Assembly (NCBI GenBank): GCA_963707215.1
Contig: CAVPPB010000002.1
Location: 384,001 to 448,000, forward strand
Reading direction: 5' to 3'
DNA from: an uncultured Chloroflexia bacterium
GTDB lineage: Bacteria > Chloroflexota > Limnocylindria > Limnocylindrales > CSP1-4
DNA length: 64,000 bases
The position numbers were made by a program, and so were the translations under genes. Under the pieces are notes generated by a model. That model was given only the letters and a program-made list of their open reading frames with translations. It ran no database searches and was not told the origin of the DNA. Positions 39,114-49,170 of this stretch are shown piece after piece. Each line of letters opens with the position of its first letter. Within the stretch, counting starts at the first letter, position 1.

Positions 39114-39213
39114 GCTCTTCCTCTGTCTCCCGGTCCTGCCCCAGGGCGGCCCAGCTTGGGATGCGATTGTATACTGCCGGAGGCCCGGCCAGCGACCGCC
39201 CAAGGAGGTGCCG

Positions 39214-39555
39214 ATGAGCGAACGATCCTCGTCCCACGGGCTGGCCACGGGCCTGCCCGTGATCTCCCTGGTCGAATGGCATGCGCCCGCCATGAACCCC
39301 GAGGCCGCCCGACGGCTGGCAGCCGACACGACCGAGGCGTTCGAGCGGATCCCCGGGATCATCGAGATCCGCTTCTTCGGAGACTTCGAGAGCGGGACCC
39401 ACTACTACCTCCAGGTCTGGGAGAGTCGCGAAGCCCTCGACGCGTACATGTCCAGCGAGTCCATGTTCCGGATCCGCGAGATCGCCCAGCCGTTCCTCAC
39501 CGACCGCCCGTCACGGCGGTTGTTCGACGACTACTCGGTCAGGCCACGGTCCTGA
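39214..39555 (+). CDS. ABM (dimeric alpha-beta barrel) family protein
   Basis: RBS AAGGAGG; IPGI, VWESREALDAY. Confidence 0.7.
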   Translation: MSERSSSHGLATGLPVISLVEWHAPAMNPEAARRLAADTTEAFERIPGIIEIRFFGDFESGTHYYLQVWESREALDAYMSSESMFRIREIAQPFLTDRPSRRLFDDYSVRPRS

Positions 39556-39595
39556 ACCCGCCAGCGCCGGCGAGCCGGCACGGAGGATCACCACG

Positions 39596-40477
39596 ATGAA
39601 GCTCGGCATCGGCCTGCCCACCTGGACCGGGAACCTGATCGAGCCCGATGCGCTCCTCGCCTGGGCCAGGGCCGCTGACGCGGTCGGGTTCCACGCGGTG
39701 GCGGTCCACGACAAGCCGAACCACGACACGTGGGATCCGCTGGCGACCCTGGCCGCCATCGCCCCCGTCACGGAGCGCGTCCGACTCGTCACCGCCGCCC
39801 TGCTCCTGCCGCCCCGTGATGAGGCGCTCGTGGCCAAGCAGGCGGCCGTGATCGACCGGCTGTCGGGCGGGAGGGTCGACCTGGGGGTCGCCGTGGGCGG
39901 GCGGGCCGACGACTTCGAGCTCCTGGGTCGGACCATGGCCGGGCGCGGTGACCGCTTCGCCTCCCAGCTCGAGCGGCTCCACGAGCTCTGGGCGGCAGCG
40001 CAGGCGACCGCCGAGTCAGGTGCGGCCATGGGTCCGGCGCCGGCCCAACAGCCCCATCCTCGCCTCTGGGTGGGGGGCTACGTCCCCGCGGCGATCGAGC
40101 GAGCCGTGCGCTTCGGCGACGGCTTCCTGTTCGGCGCCCCGGGCGTCGAGATGATGCGGGAGCGGATCCCGGTCATCCGGGAGGCTGCAGCCGCCGCCGG
40201 TCGCGAACCCCTCCCGGTCGCCGGCCTCGCCTACGTCCTCCCGTCGGAGGATCCGGCCGAGGTCGCCGAGGGCGAGCGCCTCCTCCTCCGCTACTACGGC
40301 TCGCTTCGGAAGCCGTTCCGCGAGATGGTCGCGACCGGATCCGGACGGCTCATCGCGGAAACGGCCCACGCCTACGAGGCCGCGGGCGTCGACGTGCTCC
40401 ACCTGGTCCCGGTGATGACCTCCGTGAAGGCGGTCGAGCGTCTCGCGGACGAGGTGCTCCCCGAGTTCGAGCGATAG
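39596..40477 (+). CDS. LLM-class (luciferase-like) flavin/F420-dependent oxidoreductase
   Basis: MKLGIGLP, AD.VGF, DPLATLAAIA..TERVRL, LSGGRVDLGV, LWVGG. Confidence 0.88.
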   Translation: MKLGIGLPTWTGNLIEPDALLAWARAADAVGFHAVAVHDKPNHDTWDPLATLAAIAPVTERVRLVTAALLLPPRDEALVAKQAAVIDRLSGGRVDLGVAVGGRADDFELLGRTMAGRGDRFASQLERLHELWAAAQATAESGAAMGPAPAQQPHPRLWVGGYVPAAIERAVRFGDGFLFGAPGVEMMRERIPVIREAAAAAGREPLPVAGLAYVLPSEDPAEVAEGERLLLRYYGSLRKPFREMVATGSGRLIAETAHAYEAAGVDVLHLVPVMTSVKAVERLADEVLPEFER

Positions 40478-40539
40478 GGAGCCCGGCGCTCGAATATCGT
40501 GGGCGCGCCGGAACCCGCAAGTCAGGAGAGGTCCGACCC

Positions 40540-41091
40540 GTGACGAATGCCGCAGCCACGACCGGGAGCGATGACGCCAGGGCGCAGCTGGGTCGCGACC
40601 TTCTCGACGCTGCGCTGCTGCGGGGCGATTTCGTCCTGAGCTCCGGGGCCAGGAGCGATTACTACCTCGACAAGTACCGTTTCGAGACCCGACCCGAGGT
40701 CCTGCGACGCATCGCCAAGGGATTGGCCGACCTCGTGCCCCGGGACATCGACCGCATCGCCGGTACCGAGCTCGGGGCGGTCGCCCTGGCCACCGCGCTC
40801 GCTCTCGCATGCGACCTGCCGTTCGTCATCGTCCGCAAGGCCGCCAAGCCGTACAGCACGGAGCGGATGATCGAAGGGGAGCTGGCGGCCGGTGATCGGG
40901 TCGTCCTCGTCGAGGACGTCGTGACATCCGGGGCCCAGGCGATCAAGGCCGCCCGGCACCTCCTGGAGGCCGGGGCCGAGGTCGCTCGGATCGTCGCCGT
41001 CGTCGACCGCGAGGAGGGAGGCCAGGCGGCGATGGTCGAGGCCGGGTTCGAGCTCACCTCGCTCTTCACCCGGACCGAGCTCGGCATCTGA
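40540..41091 (+). CDS. pyrE: Orotate phosphoribosyltransferase
   Basis: GDFVLSSG..SDYYLD, IVRK..K.Y, VEDVVTSG, VVDREEG. Confidence 0.92.
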   Translation: MTNAAATTGSDDARAQLGRDLLDAALLRGDFVLSSGARSDYYLDKYRFETRPEVLRRIAKGLADLVPRDIDRIAGTELGAVALATALALACDLPFVIVRKAAKPYSTERMIEGELAAGDRVVLVEDVVTSGAQAIKAARHLLEAGAEVARIVAVVDREEGGQAAMVEAGFELTSLFTRTELGI

Positions 41092-41140
41092 TCGCCGGCG
41101 GGTCTACCGACGCGTGCCGGTAGCGGGGTGACCCGACGCC

Positions 41141-42316
41141 TCAGCGGGTACAGGGCCCCGTGTCGACCGCCGCGGTAGATCCGATCGCCGGAGCGATCGC
41201 CGCCGCGACGTCGGTCGGTGCGAGTGCGTAGCCGATCCCCGCGTCGCGCTTCGCCTCCGCGAAGACGAGCCCGCCTACGGTCCCGTCGGCCAGCATGAAC
41301 GGGCCGCCGCTGTCGCCCTGGTCGACGATCGCCCGCAGCTCCAGGACCTGACGGGTCACGACCCGGTCGTCATAGATGTCCCGGCCGGTCGCGGCCAGCC
41401 GTCGGGCGACGGCGGCTGCCTCGATGACGAGGCCGCCACCACCCGGGTAGCCCAGGGTCGCGCCCTGGACACCCCGATCGGGATCGTCGGCGGCGAACCG
41501 GAGTGCCGGGGCATCAAGGCCCGGCGCGTGGAGCAGGGCCACGTCGAGGGCCGGATCGAACAGCACGGGCACTGCGTCCACGGTCGCCCCACCGAGCCGG
41601 AGCCTCGTCGCGCTCGCGCCGGCGACCACGTGGGCGTTGGTCACGACGAAGCCGTCGGCGATGACGATGCCGCTCCCCACGAGCACGGTGCCGCAGGCGT
41701 TGCTGCTGACCTTGGGGGTCGAGGCCTCACCCGCCGCGCCGATGCGGGCGGCCTCCGGGTCGCTTGGTCGCTCGACCGGCGGCGCGGGCAGTGGCTCGAG
41801 GCCGACGAAGACATCGGGCAGGCCGGTCTCGTCCAGGGCCCGGGCCAGATCTCCGGCGACCTCCGGCGGCGGCGGCAGGAGCAGGCCGGTGAGCCTGGAG
41901 GCGGCCGACCCGGCGGCCTGCTCGGCAAGGCGCGGGAACGGGGCGACGATGAGCAGGCCGACCACGAGCCAGATGACCAGGACACCCTGGATGACGCCGA
42001 CGCCGGCCCCGACCACCTTCTCGGTAGCGCCGAGCAGGCCGTCGCCGAGGGCACGCCCCACGGCCATCCCGGACCGGGCCCCGACGACCTCCCCGAGCCC
42101 GACGGCGAGGATGATCCCGGTGAACACCAGGAGCGCCCGGATCAGGGGATCGACGTCGGCCAGCGGGACCAGCGCCCACGGGAGGGCCCACAGCGCCGCC
42201 ACGAGCCCGAGGACCGCGCCACCGAGCCCGCCCAGCTGGGGCAGCGCCCCCGAGCGGAACCCGGCGATCGCGGCGAGCGCGAGCACGAGCAGGGCCAGCA
42301 GGTCGATCGCGTTCAC
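41141..42316 (-). CDS. MarP-like membrane serine protease (CvpA N-terminus + trypsin domain)
   Basis: 4 N-terminal TMs; TNAHVV, DVALL, GYPGG, GDSGGP. Confidence 0.88.
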   Translation of the reverse strand: MNAIDLLALLVLALAAIAGFRSGALPQLGGLGGAVLGLVAALWALPWALVPLADVDPLIRALLVFTGIILAVGLGEVVGARSGMAVGRALGDGLLGATEKVVGAGVGVIQGVLVIWLVVGLLIVAPFPRLAEQAAGSAASRLTGLLLPPPPEVAGDLARALDETGLPDVFVGLEPLPAPPVERPSDPEAARIGAAGEASTPKVSSNACGTVLVGSGIVIADGFVVTNAHVVAGASATRLRLGGATVDAVPVLFDPALDVALLHAPGLDAPALRFAADDPDRGVQGATLGYPGGGGLVIEAAAVARRLAATGRDIYDDRVVTRQVLELRAIVDQGDSGGPFMLADGTVGGLVFAEAKRDAGIGYALAPTDVAAAIAPAIGSTAAVDTGPCTR

Positions 42317-42398
42317 GATCCCGATGGTCGCACGGGTCGGCGGGGCGCGTCGTGGGGCCGGGTCGAACGTCGGTCCGGGCGCGGTGAGGGCCGGTGCC

Positions 42399-43067
42399 TC
42401 AGGGGATGACGACGCTCACCGGGTCGGCGTCGCCCTCGCCCGCCCGAACGGTGTACCCGCCGGCTGGCAGGCTGCCGAGGTCGACGAGGGTCGCCTTGTA
42501 CACCGCGATGTCGATGCAGGCGACGTCGCGGGCCGCGGATCCCTCGAGCGGGGTCAGGGTGAAGATCGGGCCGTCCCGCTCCACGATGACCGTTGCGAGG
42601 GAGTAGCAGGGCTCGACGCCGCTGATCCATTCGAGCCGGACGACGAGCTGGCCGTCCTCGACCGTCGCGCTGATCGTGTTCACGGCCACCCGGTGGGGAT
42701 CGATGACGCCCGGTACCGGCTCCACGAGCCCGGCCTGCGGCTCACTCGGGATCGATGCCCCGGGGGCGACTGGCGGGCTGGTGACGACGGCGTCCGGCCC
42801 GCCCGGTCCCGGCTCCACGGGCTCGCAGATCGGGGCTGACGGATCCGGTGCCGCCGGCTCACCGTCGGGCGACCCGGGCTGGCTGCAGCCCGCGCCGCCG
42901 TCGCTGGAGGGGCCGCGGTCCTCGGCCCCTCCGCCGGGCCGGGCCCCTGTCCCGTCGGCAGGCCAGGTGAGCGGGTCCGGCGAAGCGAGAGCCGTGCAGG
43001 CGGTCACGACGATGGCGATCGCCAGGAGGAAGCCTGCGACGGCGGCGGGGGCTCGTCGTCCGTTCAT
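42399..43067 (-). CDS. Hypothetical lipoprotein, Pro/Gly-rich N-terminus with Cys-containing beta domain
   Basis: Signal with VTAC lipobox; GVEPC...VACIDIA. Confidence 0.6.
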   Translation of the reverse strand: MNGRRAPAAVAGFLLAIAIVVTACTALASPDPLTWPADGTGARPGGGAEDRGPSSDGGAGCSQPGSPDGEPAAPDPSAPICEPVEPGPGGPDAVVTSPPVAPGASIPSEPQAGLVEPVPGVIDPHRVAVNTISATVEDGQLVVRLEWISGVEPCYSLATVIVERDGPIFTLTPLEGSAARDVACIDIAVYKATLVDLGSLPAGGYTVRAGEGDADPVSVVIP

Positions 43068-43104
43068 GGGCCCCCGACGCGGGTCGGCGGCTCGAGGTTC
43101 CCGG

Positions 43105-43728
43105 TCAGCCGACCTCGGCGAGGGTGTCGACCCGGGCCGGGTGCTGCGCCTCCCAGGCGTCGATGAGGGACGTCTTGTCGAGCAGGTAGCCGAGCTCGTC
43201 GGTGCCGGCCAGCAGCATCATCCGGGCGAACGGATCGACCTCGAACTCGAACGTCGCTCCGTCGGGCAGGAGGACACCCTGCTCGGACAGGTCCACCGTC
43301 AGCTCGGCGTCAGGGTCCGCCTCGACCATCGCGAAGAGGCGGGCGTGGGTCGCCGGGTCGACGACGATCGGCAGCACCCCGTTCTTCAGCGAGTTGTTGC
43401 GGAAGATGTCGGCGAACGACGTCGACAGGATCGCCCGGATCCCCCACGAAGCGAGCGCCCACGGCGCGTGCTCGCGCGATGACCCGGCGCCGAAGTTGTC
43501 GCCGACGAGGAGGACCCGGCGACCGGCCATCCCGGGTCGGTCGAGCACGAACGGCGGATCCTTCAGCGAACCATCCTCCTCGAACCGCCAGTCGCGGAAG
43601 AGGGCCTCGGCCAGGCCGGCCTTGTCGGTGACCTTGAGGTAACGGGCCGGGACGATCTGGTCGGTGTCGACGTTCTCGGCCCGGATGGCCACGACCCGGC
43701 TGGTGAACGCCCCGTACGGCTCGGCCAT
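43105..43728 (-). CDS. leuD: 3-isopropylmalate dehydratase small subunit
   Basis: NVDTDQIVPARYLK, NFGAGSSREHAPWAL, FADIFRNN..KNG. Confidence 0.95.
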   Translation of the reverse strand: MAEPYGAFTSRVVAIRAENVDTDQIVPARYLKVTDKAGLAEALFRDWRFEEDGSLKDPPFVLDRPGMAGRRVLLVGDNFGAGSSREHAPWALASWGIRAILSTSFADIFRNNSLKNGVLPIVVDPATHARLFAMVEADPDAELTVDLSEQGVLLPDGATFEFEVDPFARMMLLAGTDELGYLLDKTSLIDAWEAQHPARVDTLAEVG

Positions 43729-43731
43729 CGC

Positions 43732-45177
43732 TCAGCTCCCCCCGATCCCGGCGGTCGACTCGATGCCGGGCAGCGTCCGCGGATCACTGACGACGCCGTG
43801 GACGGCACTCGCCGCGGCCGTCAGCGGCGAGGCCAGGAGCGTTCGCCCGCCCTTGCCCTGGCGGCCCTCGAAGTTGCGGTTGCTGGTGCTGATGGCGTAC
43901 TGCCCGGGCGACAGCTGGTCGCCGTTCATGGCGATGCACATCGAGCAGCCGGCCTCGCGCCACTCCGCACCGGCCGCCCGGAAGACCTCGGCGAGGCCCT
44001 CCAGCTCGGCCTGCTTCTTCACCTCGGTCGAGCCGGGCACGACCATGACCCGGACGCCCTCGGCGACCCGACGCCCGCGGAGGACCTCGGCCGCCAGGCG
44101 GAGGTCGGAGATGCGGCCGTTGGTGCACGAGCCGATGAAGACGACGTCGACCTTCTGCCCCAGGATCGGCTGGCCGGGGCGCAGGTCCATGTACTCGAGG
44201 GAGCGCTCGAGCGCCCGCCGAGCGGCGGCGTCCTCCTGCTCGTCCGGGGAGGGGACCGCGGCGCTGATCGGGATCCCCATGCCGGGGTTCGTGCCGTAGG
44301 TGACCATCGGCTCGAGGGCTGCCGCGTCGATGACGATCGAGCGGTCGAACTCGGCGTCCTCGTCGGTCGGGAGGGCTCGCCACGACTCGATCGCGGCGTC
44401 CCAGGCGGTGCCCTGTGGGGCGTGGGGCCGCCCGGCGATGAACTCGAACGTCGTGTCGTCCGGTGCGACCAGTCCGGCCCGGGCCCCGCCCTCGATGCTC
44501 ATGTTGCAGATCGTCATCCGCTGCTCCATGGTCAGCGCGCGGATGGCCTCGCCGCGGTACTCGAAGACGTGCCCGGTCCCGCCGCCGATGCCGATCCGGG
44601 CGATGAGGGCGAGGATGATGTCCTTGGCGCTTACGCCTGGCTTCAGCCGCCCGTCGACCCGGACCTCGTAGGTCCTCGGCCGGCGCTGCAGCAGGGTCTG
44701 GGTGGCGAGGACCATCTCGACCTCGCTGGTCCCGATGCCGAAGGCCAGCGCCCCGAAGGCGCCGTGCGTGCTGGTGTGACTGTCGCCGCAGACGATCGTC
44801 ATCCCCGGCTGGGTCAGCCCCAGCTCCGGCCCGATGACGTGGACGATGCCCTGGTGAGGGGAGCCCATCCCGTGGAGCGGGATCCCGAACTCACGGCAGT
44901 TGGCCTCGAGCTGGGCGACCTGGGCCGCCGCCATGGTGTCCAGGATCGGCAGGCTGCGGTCGTGGGTCGGGATCGAGTGGTCGGCGGTGGCGACCGTTCG
45001 TTCGGGGTGGCGGACGCGCAGGCCGCGGGCCCGGAGACCGGCAAAGGCCTGGGGGCTGGTGACCTCGTGGACGAGGTGCAGGTCGATCGCCAGGACCGTC
45101 GGTGCACCTGGGTCCTGGGCGACGACATGGTCGTCCCAGATCTTCTCGACGAGGGTTCGCGGTCGGGTGTCGGACAC
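43732..45177 (-). CDS. leuC: 3-isopropylmalate dehydratase large subunit
   Basis: [53 protein letters not shown]. Start GTG 45177. Confidence 0.96.
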   Translation of the reverse strand: MSDTRPRTLVEKIWDDHVVAQDPGAPTVLAIDLHLVHEVTSPQAFAGLRARGLRVRHPERTVATADHSIPTHDRSLPILDTMAAAQVAQLEANCREFGIPLHGMGSPHQGIVHVIGPELGLTQPGMTIVCGDSHTSTHGAFGALAFGIGTSEVEMVLATQTLLQRRPRTYEVRVDGRLKPGVSAKDIILALIARIGIGGGTGHVFEYRGEAIRALTMEQRMTICNMSIEGGARAGLVAPDDTTFEFIAGRPHAPQGTAWDAAIESWRALPTDEDAEFDRSIVIDAAALEPMVTYGTNPGMGIPISAAVPSPDEQEDAAARRALERSLEYMDLRPGQPILGQKVDVVFIGSCTNGRISDLRLAAEVLRGRRVAEGVRVMVVPGSTEVKKQAELEGLAEVFRAAGAEWREAGCSMCIAMNGDQLSPGQYAISTSNRNFEGRQGKGGRTLLASPLTAAASAVHGVVSDPRTLPGIESTAGIGGS

Positions 45178-45387
45178 GGCGGGGCGACTCGCTGCGGTTC
45201 GAAGGAGCCTAGAGGGTAGCAGAGGCGGTCCGAGCGGCAGGTCCCCCGGCTCCGTCCGGCTCCCGGGGGCGGCCCGTCCGGCCCTTGGCCCGCGGCCCGG
45301 GCTGCGCTTGGCTGGAGCCGTAGCAGCCGGCCGTCGCGACGTCCGTGCCGTCGCCGCGCCCCGCGGTCGCTTCCTGGTGGAGCTCCC

Positions 45388-48054
45388 GTGTTCGAGCTGC
45401 TTGGTCGCCTCGTCGTTCGCCTCCGCCTCCCCATCGTCGTCGCCTGGCTGGTCGCTGCCGCGATCCTCTTCTTCGCCCCGTCGCTGCAGGACGTCGGCAC
45501 GGCCGACGAGTCCAGCTTCCTGCCGCGCGACGTCGGATCGGTCGCGGCCCGTGAGCTGCTGGCCAGGGGCTTTCCGGAGGACGACGCGGTCGGCACGGCG
45601 ACCCTGGTCCTCGTCCGCGAGCCCGGCCCCCTGACCGACGCCGATCGTGCCTACCTCGACGAGCTGGCGGCGTGGCTGACCGACCCCGCTTCGGACCCGG
45701 CCCTGGATGGCGCCGTCAAGATGGTCGTGACGGCCGCGACCCGGCCGGAACGCGCGGCGCTCCTGAGGAGCGAGGACGGCACGACCGAGATCGCGACGAT
45801 CGAGCTGACCGTGCCGGCGTTCCAGGAGCGCGCCAACGAGGTGGTCGCGGCGCTGAGAGCGCGGATCGCCGGGACGGCCCCCGACGGCCTGCGCGTCCAC
45901 GTCACCGGTCAGGCCGCCATCGGCGCCGACTACCTCCGGGCCATCGTCGACGGGACCGACCGGACGACGGTCGTGACGATCGCCCTGGTCATCGTCATCC
46001 TGCTGGCGATCTACCGGGCTCCGCTCGCCGCCCTGGTACCGCTCCTGACGATCGGCGCCGCCTTCCTCGTCGCCCGTGGGCTCCTCGGGTGGCTGGCCCA
46101 GGCCGGCTGGTCGCTGAGCACCCTGATCGACTCCTTCGTCGTCGTCCTCGTCTTCGGCGTCGGAACCGACTACACCATCTTCCTCATCAGCCGCTACCGC
46201 GAGGAGCTGGGCCGGGTCGGCGCAGGTTCGCGGGACGCGGCGGGCCGAGGGATCGCCGCCCGGGTGACCGTGACCCGGATCGGTGCCGTGATCACCGCCT
46301 CCGCGGCCACCGTGGTCGTCGGTCTCAGCGCCATGGTCATCGCCCGGTTCGGGATGATCCAGACGACCGGCCCCGCACTGGCCATCGCTATCGTCGTGGC
46401 CCTGGCGGCGGGCCTGACCTTGGCGCCGGCGCTGCTCGTCCTCTTCGGGCCGGCGCTGTTCTGGCCACGTCACCCCAGGCCCGTCGGCCAGGAGACGGGT
46501 GCCGGCGTCTGGGACCGCGTGGCTGCCGGCATCGTCCGTCGGCCGCTGGTCGTCTCCCTGGTCGTCATCGCCGCCATGGCCCTGCCGATCCTGCTCATCC
46601 CCGGCGCCCGGACCGACTTCGACACGCTGGCCGAGCTGCCGGCCGAGTCGGACGCCCGGATGGGCTTCGACGTCGTGGCCGACCACATGGACAAGGGGCG
46701 GCTCATGCCGATCATCGTCGCCATTCGGACGCCGGCGACCGACCTGACCTCGCCCGACGGCCTGACCGCGATCGCGGCCCTCGGCGATCGCCTGGCCGCG
46801 GTAGACGGCGTGGATTCGGTCCGCAGCCTCGTCAGCCCGACCGGTGAGGGCACCCCGGACGAGATGCGGATCTCGCCGCGCCTGCTCGAGCTGGCCGATG
46901 GGCTCGAGCGCCTGGGGGCTGGTCCAGCGGCGGTCCAGCTCGCCCTGGCCGATCCCGGCGCCGTGGCCGGACTGCGCACGGGACTGGGCTGGCTGGAGGC
47001 CAGGGCCGATGACGTGCCCGCGTTCCGTGCGCTGCCCGGGGCCGGCTCGCTCCGTGCCGACCTCGTGACCCTGACCGCCGCGATGGAGCGACTAGCGGCC
47101 GCCGACGACCCGGCGACGGCTGCCGCCCTGGCCGGCGAGGCGTCCCAGGCCGCCGGGCGGGCTGCAGCGGCCCTCCGCTCGGCTGGCGTGGAGCTGGCCG
47201 GCGATCCCCGCCGCGACCTCTACCTCCCCGATGTCTCGGGGGGCGACGCCGGGGAAGAGCTCGACCGCCTCGTCGGCGAGTTCGTCGGTCCGGACGGGTC
47301 GGTCGGGCGGATCTACGTCGTCGCCGCAGACGACCCCTACTCGACGGTCGCCTTCGAGACGGTCGACCGGCTGCGCGACGCCGTGAGCGGGCAGATCGAG
47401 GGTATGCCCGAGGAGACGACCGTGCTGGTCGGCGGCTCGACCGCCGAGTTCACCGACATTCGGACGACGATGGACGGCGACTTCCGCTCGGTGGCCGTGG
47501 TCACGGTCATCGGCGTCCTGCTCGTCCTTGTCGTGCTCCTGCGGAGCCTGGTGGCCCCGATCTTCCTGGTCGCCACGGTCCTGCTGTCCTACGGCACGAC
47601 CCTCCACGTCGCTGGCGGCCTGTTCGAGGGCGTGCTGGGTCATGGCGGCATGAACTACTTCCTGCCCCTGCTCGTCTTCGTCCTCCTGGTCGCCCTCGGC
47701 TCGGACTACAACATCTTCGTGGTCAGCCGCATCCGCGAAGAGAGCGCCCACCGGCCCATCCGCGACGGCATCCGGGTGGGTGCGGCCCGGACCGGCACGG
47801 TCATCACCTCGGCCGGGATCATCCTGGCCGGGACCTTCGCGGCCCTGATGACGGCGCCCCTGGAGCTGCTCTTCCAGGTGGGCGCGGCAGTCGCCCTCGG
47901 CGTCCTGCTCGACACCTTCGTCGTCCGCAGTCTCCTCGTGCCGGCCCTGATCGCGGTCTTCGGGGACCTGTCCTGGTGGCCCTCCGGATGGCATCGCCGG
48001 CGGCTCCCGCGCGGACGTCGTGCCGAGCTCTCGTCGGCGGGCCGGGGCCCCTGA
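45388..48054 (+). CDS. MMPL family (RND) transporter
   Basis: [18 protein letters not shown] and [17 protein letters not shown] repeats; 888 aa. Confidence 0.92.
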   Translation: MFELLGRLVVRLRLPIVVAWLVAAAILFFAPSLQDVGTADESSFLPRDVGSVAARELLARGFPEDDAVGTATLVLVREPGPLTDADRAYLDELAAWLTDPASDPALDGAVKMVVTAATRPERAALLRSEDGTTEIATIELTVPAFQERANEVVAALRARIAGTAPDGLRVHVTGQAAIGADYLRAIVDGTDRTTVVTIALVIVILLAIYRAPLAALVPLLTIGAAFLVARGLLGWLAQAGWSLSTLIDSFVVVLVFGVGTDYTIFLISRYREELGRVGAGSRDAAGRGIAARVTVTRIGAVITASAATVVVGLSAMVIARFGMIQTTGPALAIAIVVALAAGLTLAPALLVLFGPALFWPRHPRPVGQETGAGVWDRVAAGIVRRPLVVSLVVIAAMALPILLIPGARTDFDTLAELPAESDARMGFDVVADHMDKGRLMPIIVAIRTPATDLTSPDGLTAIAALGDRLAAVDGVDSVRSLVSPTGEGTPDEMRISPRLLELADGLERLGAGPAAVQLALADPGAVAGLRTGLGWLEARADDVPAFRALPGAGSLRADLVTLTAAMERLAAADDPATAAALAGEASQAAGRAAAALRSAGVELAGDPRRDLYLPDVSGGDAGEELDRLVGEFVGPDGSVGRIYVVAADDPYSTVAFETVDRLRDAVSGQIEGMPEETTVLVGGSTAEFTDIRTTMDGDFRSVAVVTVIGVLLVLVVLLRSLVAPIFLVATVLLSYGTTLHVAGGLFEGVLGHGGMNYFLPLLVFVLLVALGSDYNIFVVSRIREESAHRPIRDGIRVGAARTGTVITSAGIILAGTFAALMTAPLELLFQVGAAVALGVLLDTFVVRSLLVPALIAVFGDLSWWPSGWHRRRLPRGRRAELSSAGRGP

Positions 48055-48125
48055 CGTCGACCCGATCGCTGCCCGGTCGGCTATCCGACCGCGCCCCCCG
48101 ATGGCTCGATGGTGTCCGCCGGCCG

Positions 48126-48139
48126 GTACCCTCGGGCCA
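48126..48139 (+). promoter_or_regulatory. GTACC-N3-GRGCCA box, copy 1 of 3 (others at 48849-48862 and 49334-49347)
   Basis: GTACCctcGGGCCA / GTACCcatGAGCCA / GTACCttcGGGCCA, one upstream of each unit of the locus. Confidence 0.55.
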
Positions 48140-48201
48140 CATCGCCGCTCCCCACCGGCGGTGTACGAACCCCCCGAGCATCCCGGCTCGAAGGAGACAC
48201 C

Positions 48202-48777
48202 GTGTTCATCCTCTATGCGCTCCTGGTCGGGCTCGTCGTCGGAGCGCTGACGGGGGGCCGACCGGCCCGCCTCGGCTCGCTGGAGATCCGCTGGCCATGG
48301 GTCATCGCCGGCGGACTCGCCGCCCAGCTGATCCTCTTCTCCGAGCCCGTGACCCGGGTCGTGGGCGACGCCGGGCCGCCCCTCTACATCCTCTCGACGC
48401 TGGCGGTCCTTGCTGCCGTCAGCGTCAACCGGCGGATCCCGGGCATCCCCCTGGTGATCGCCGGTGCCGTTTCGAACATGACCGCCATCGTCGCCAACGG
48501 CGGGTACATGCCGACCACGCCTGAGGCCCTGGCGGCCCTCGGCAAGCTGCCTCCGGAGACCTACTCGAACAGCTCGGTGCCGATCTCGCCGATGCTCTGG
48601 CCGCTGACCGACATCTTCGCCATGCCGGCCTGGCTGCCCTTCGCCAACGTCTTCAGCATCGGCGACGTGCTGATCGGGCTCGGCATCGCGATCGCCGTGG
48701 TCGCCACGATGCGCCGGCCGGACGCCGATCCGGTGCCGCCCGGGGCGGCGGCCCCTCCGGGGGTCCTCGTCCCCTAG
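48202..48777 (+). CDS. DUF5317-family membrane protein; putative LspA-like aspartic peptidase
   Basis: RBS AAGGAG then GTG 48202; GG.P.RL..L..RW, N..ANGGYMP, LTDIF, VFSIGDVLI. Family recognised by motif; peptidase role is inference. Confidence 0.75.
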   Translation: MFILYALLVGLVVGALTGGRPARLGSLEIRWPWVIAGGLAAQLILFSEPVTRVVGDAGPPLYILSTLAVLAAVSVNRRIPGIPLVIAGAVSNMTAIVANGGYMPTTPEALAALGKLPPETYSNSSVPISPMLWPLTDIFAMPAWLPFANVFSIGDVLIGLGIAIAVVATMRRPDADPVPPGAAAPPGVLVP

Positions 48778-48930
48778 GGGCACCGACCGACCCTCCCTCG
48801 AGCGGTCGTGGCGCCCCGGTGCACCGGCGAATCGGATCGGGCCCCCCGGTACCCATGAGCCAGTGGCCGCGATCCGGCCGTCACGTAGCGGTCGCCCCCG
48901 AGGGCGACGTCCGCCTTCCGCCGCAAGGCC

Positions 48931-49011
48931 GTCCAGGGCAAACCCGTCGCGAGGCGGGGACGCAAAGCCAGGGATCTTCAAGGACCAACGAAGACCGCCC
49001 GGTTGCCGGAC
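48931..49011 (+). promoter_or_regulatory. Cyclic di-GMP-I (GEMM) riboswitch
   Basis: GTCC-AGGGCAAACCCGTC-GCGA-GGCGGGGACGCAAAGCC...GGTTGCC-GGAC shows GEMM core motifs, a GNRA-capped P2, P3 TCTTC/GAAGA and P1 GTCC/GGAC. Confidence 0.9.
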
Positions 49012-49048
49012 CTACGGTGAGGTCTCGGGGAACGAGAGGTACAGACAC

Positions 49049-49138
49049 GTGAAGGCGAACCTGGCGCGCTTCACCACGGCCGTCGCGCTCCTGGCGTCGA
49101 TGGCCCTCACCCTTGGCGCGGGGATGCGCTGGTGGTAG
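49049..49138 (+). CDS. 29-aa signal-peptide-like micro-protein MKANLARFTTAVALLASMALTLGAGMRWW
   Basis: RBS GAGAGG about 9 nt before GTG; directly under the riboswitch; n-region/h-region layout. Confidence 0.7.
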   Translation: MKANLARFTTAVALLASMALTLGAGMRWW

Positions 49139-49170
49139 CTCCCTAGACGGGAACGACAAGGGAGACGACC

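Noticed and set aside
43732-46686. 984-aa ORF suggesting a large N-terminal fusion on LeuC
   Set aside because: The extension is the antisense shadow of the MMPL gene; LeuC homology starts at about 45177.
48931-49011. c-AMP-GMP (GEMM-Ib) variant riboswitch
   Set aside because: The ligand-contact position appears to be G (CAGGGCAAACC as in Vc2), and the neighbour is a standard GGDEF-EAL protein. Not excluded without probing.
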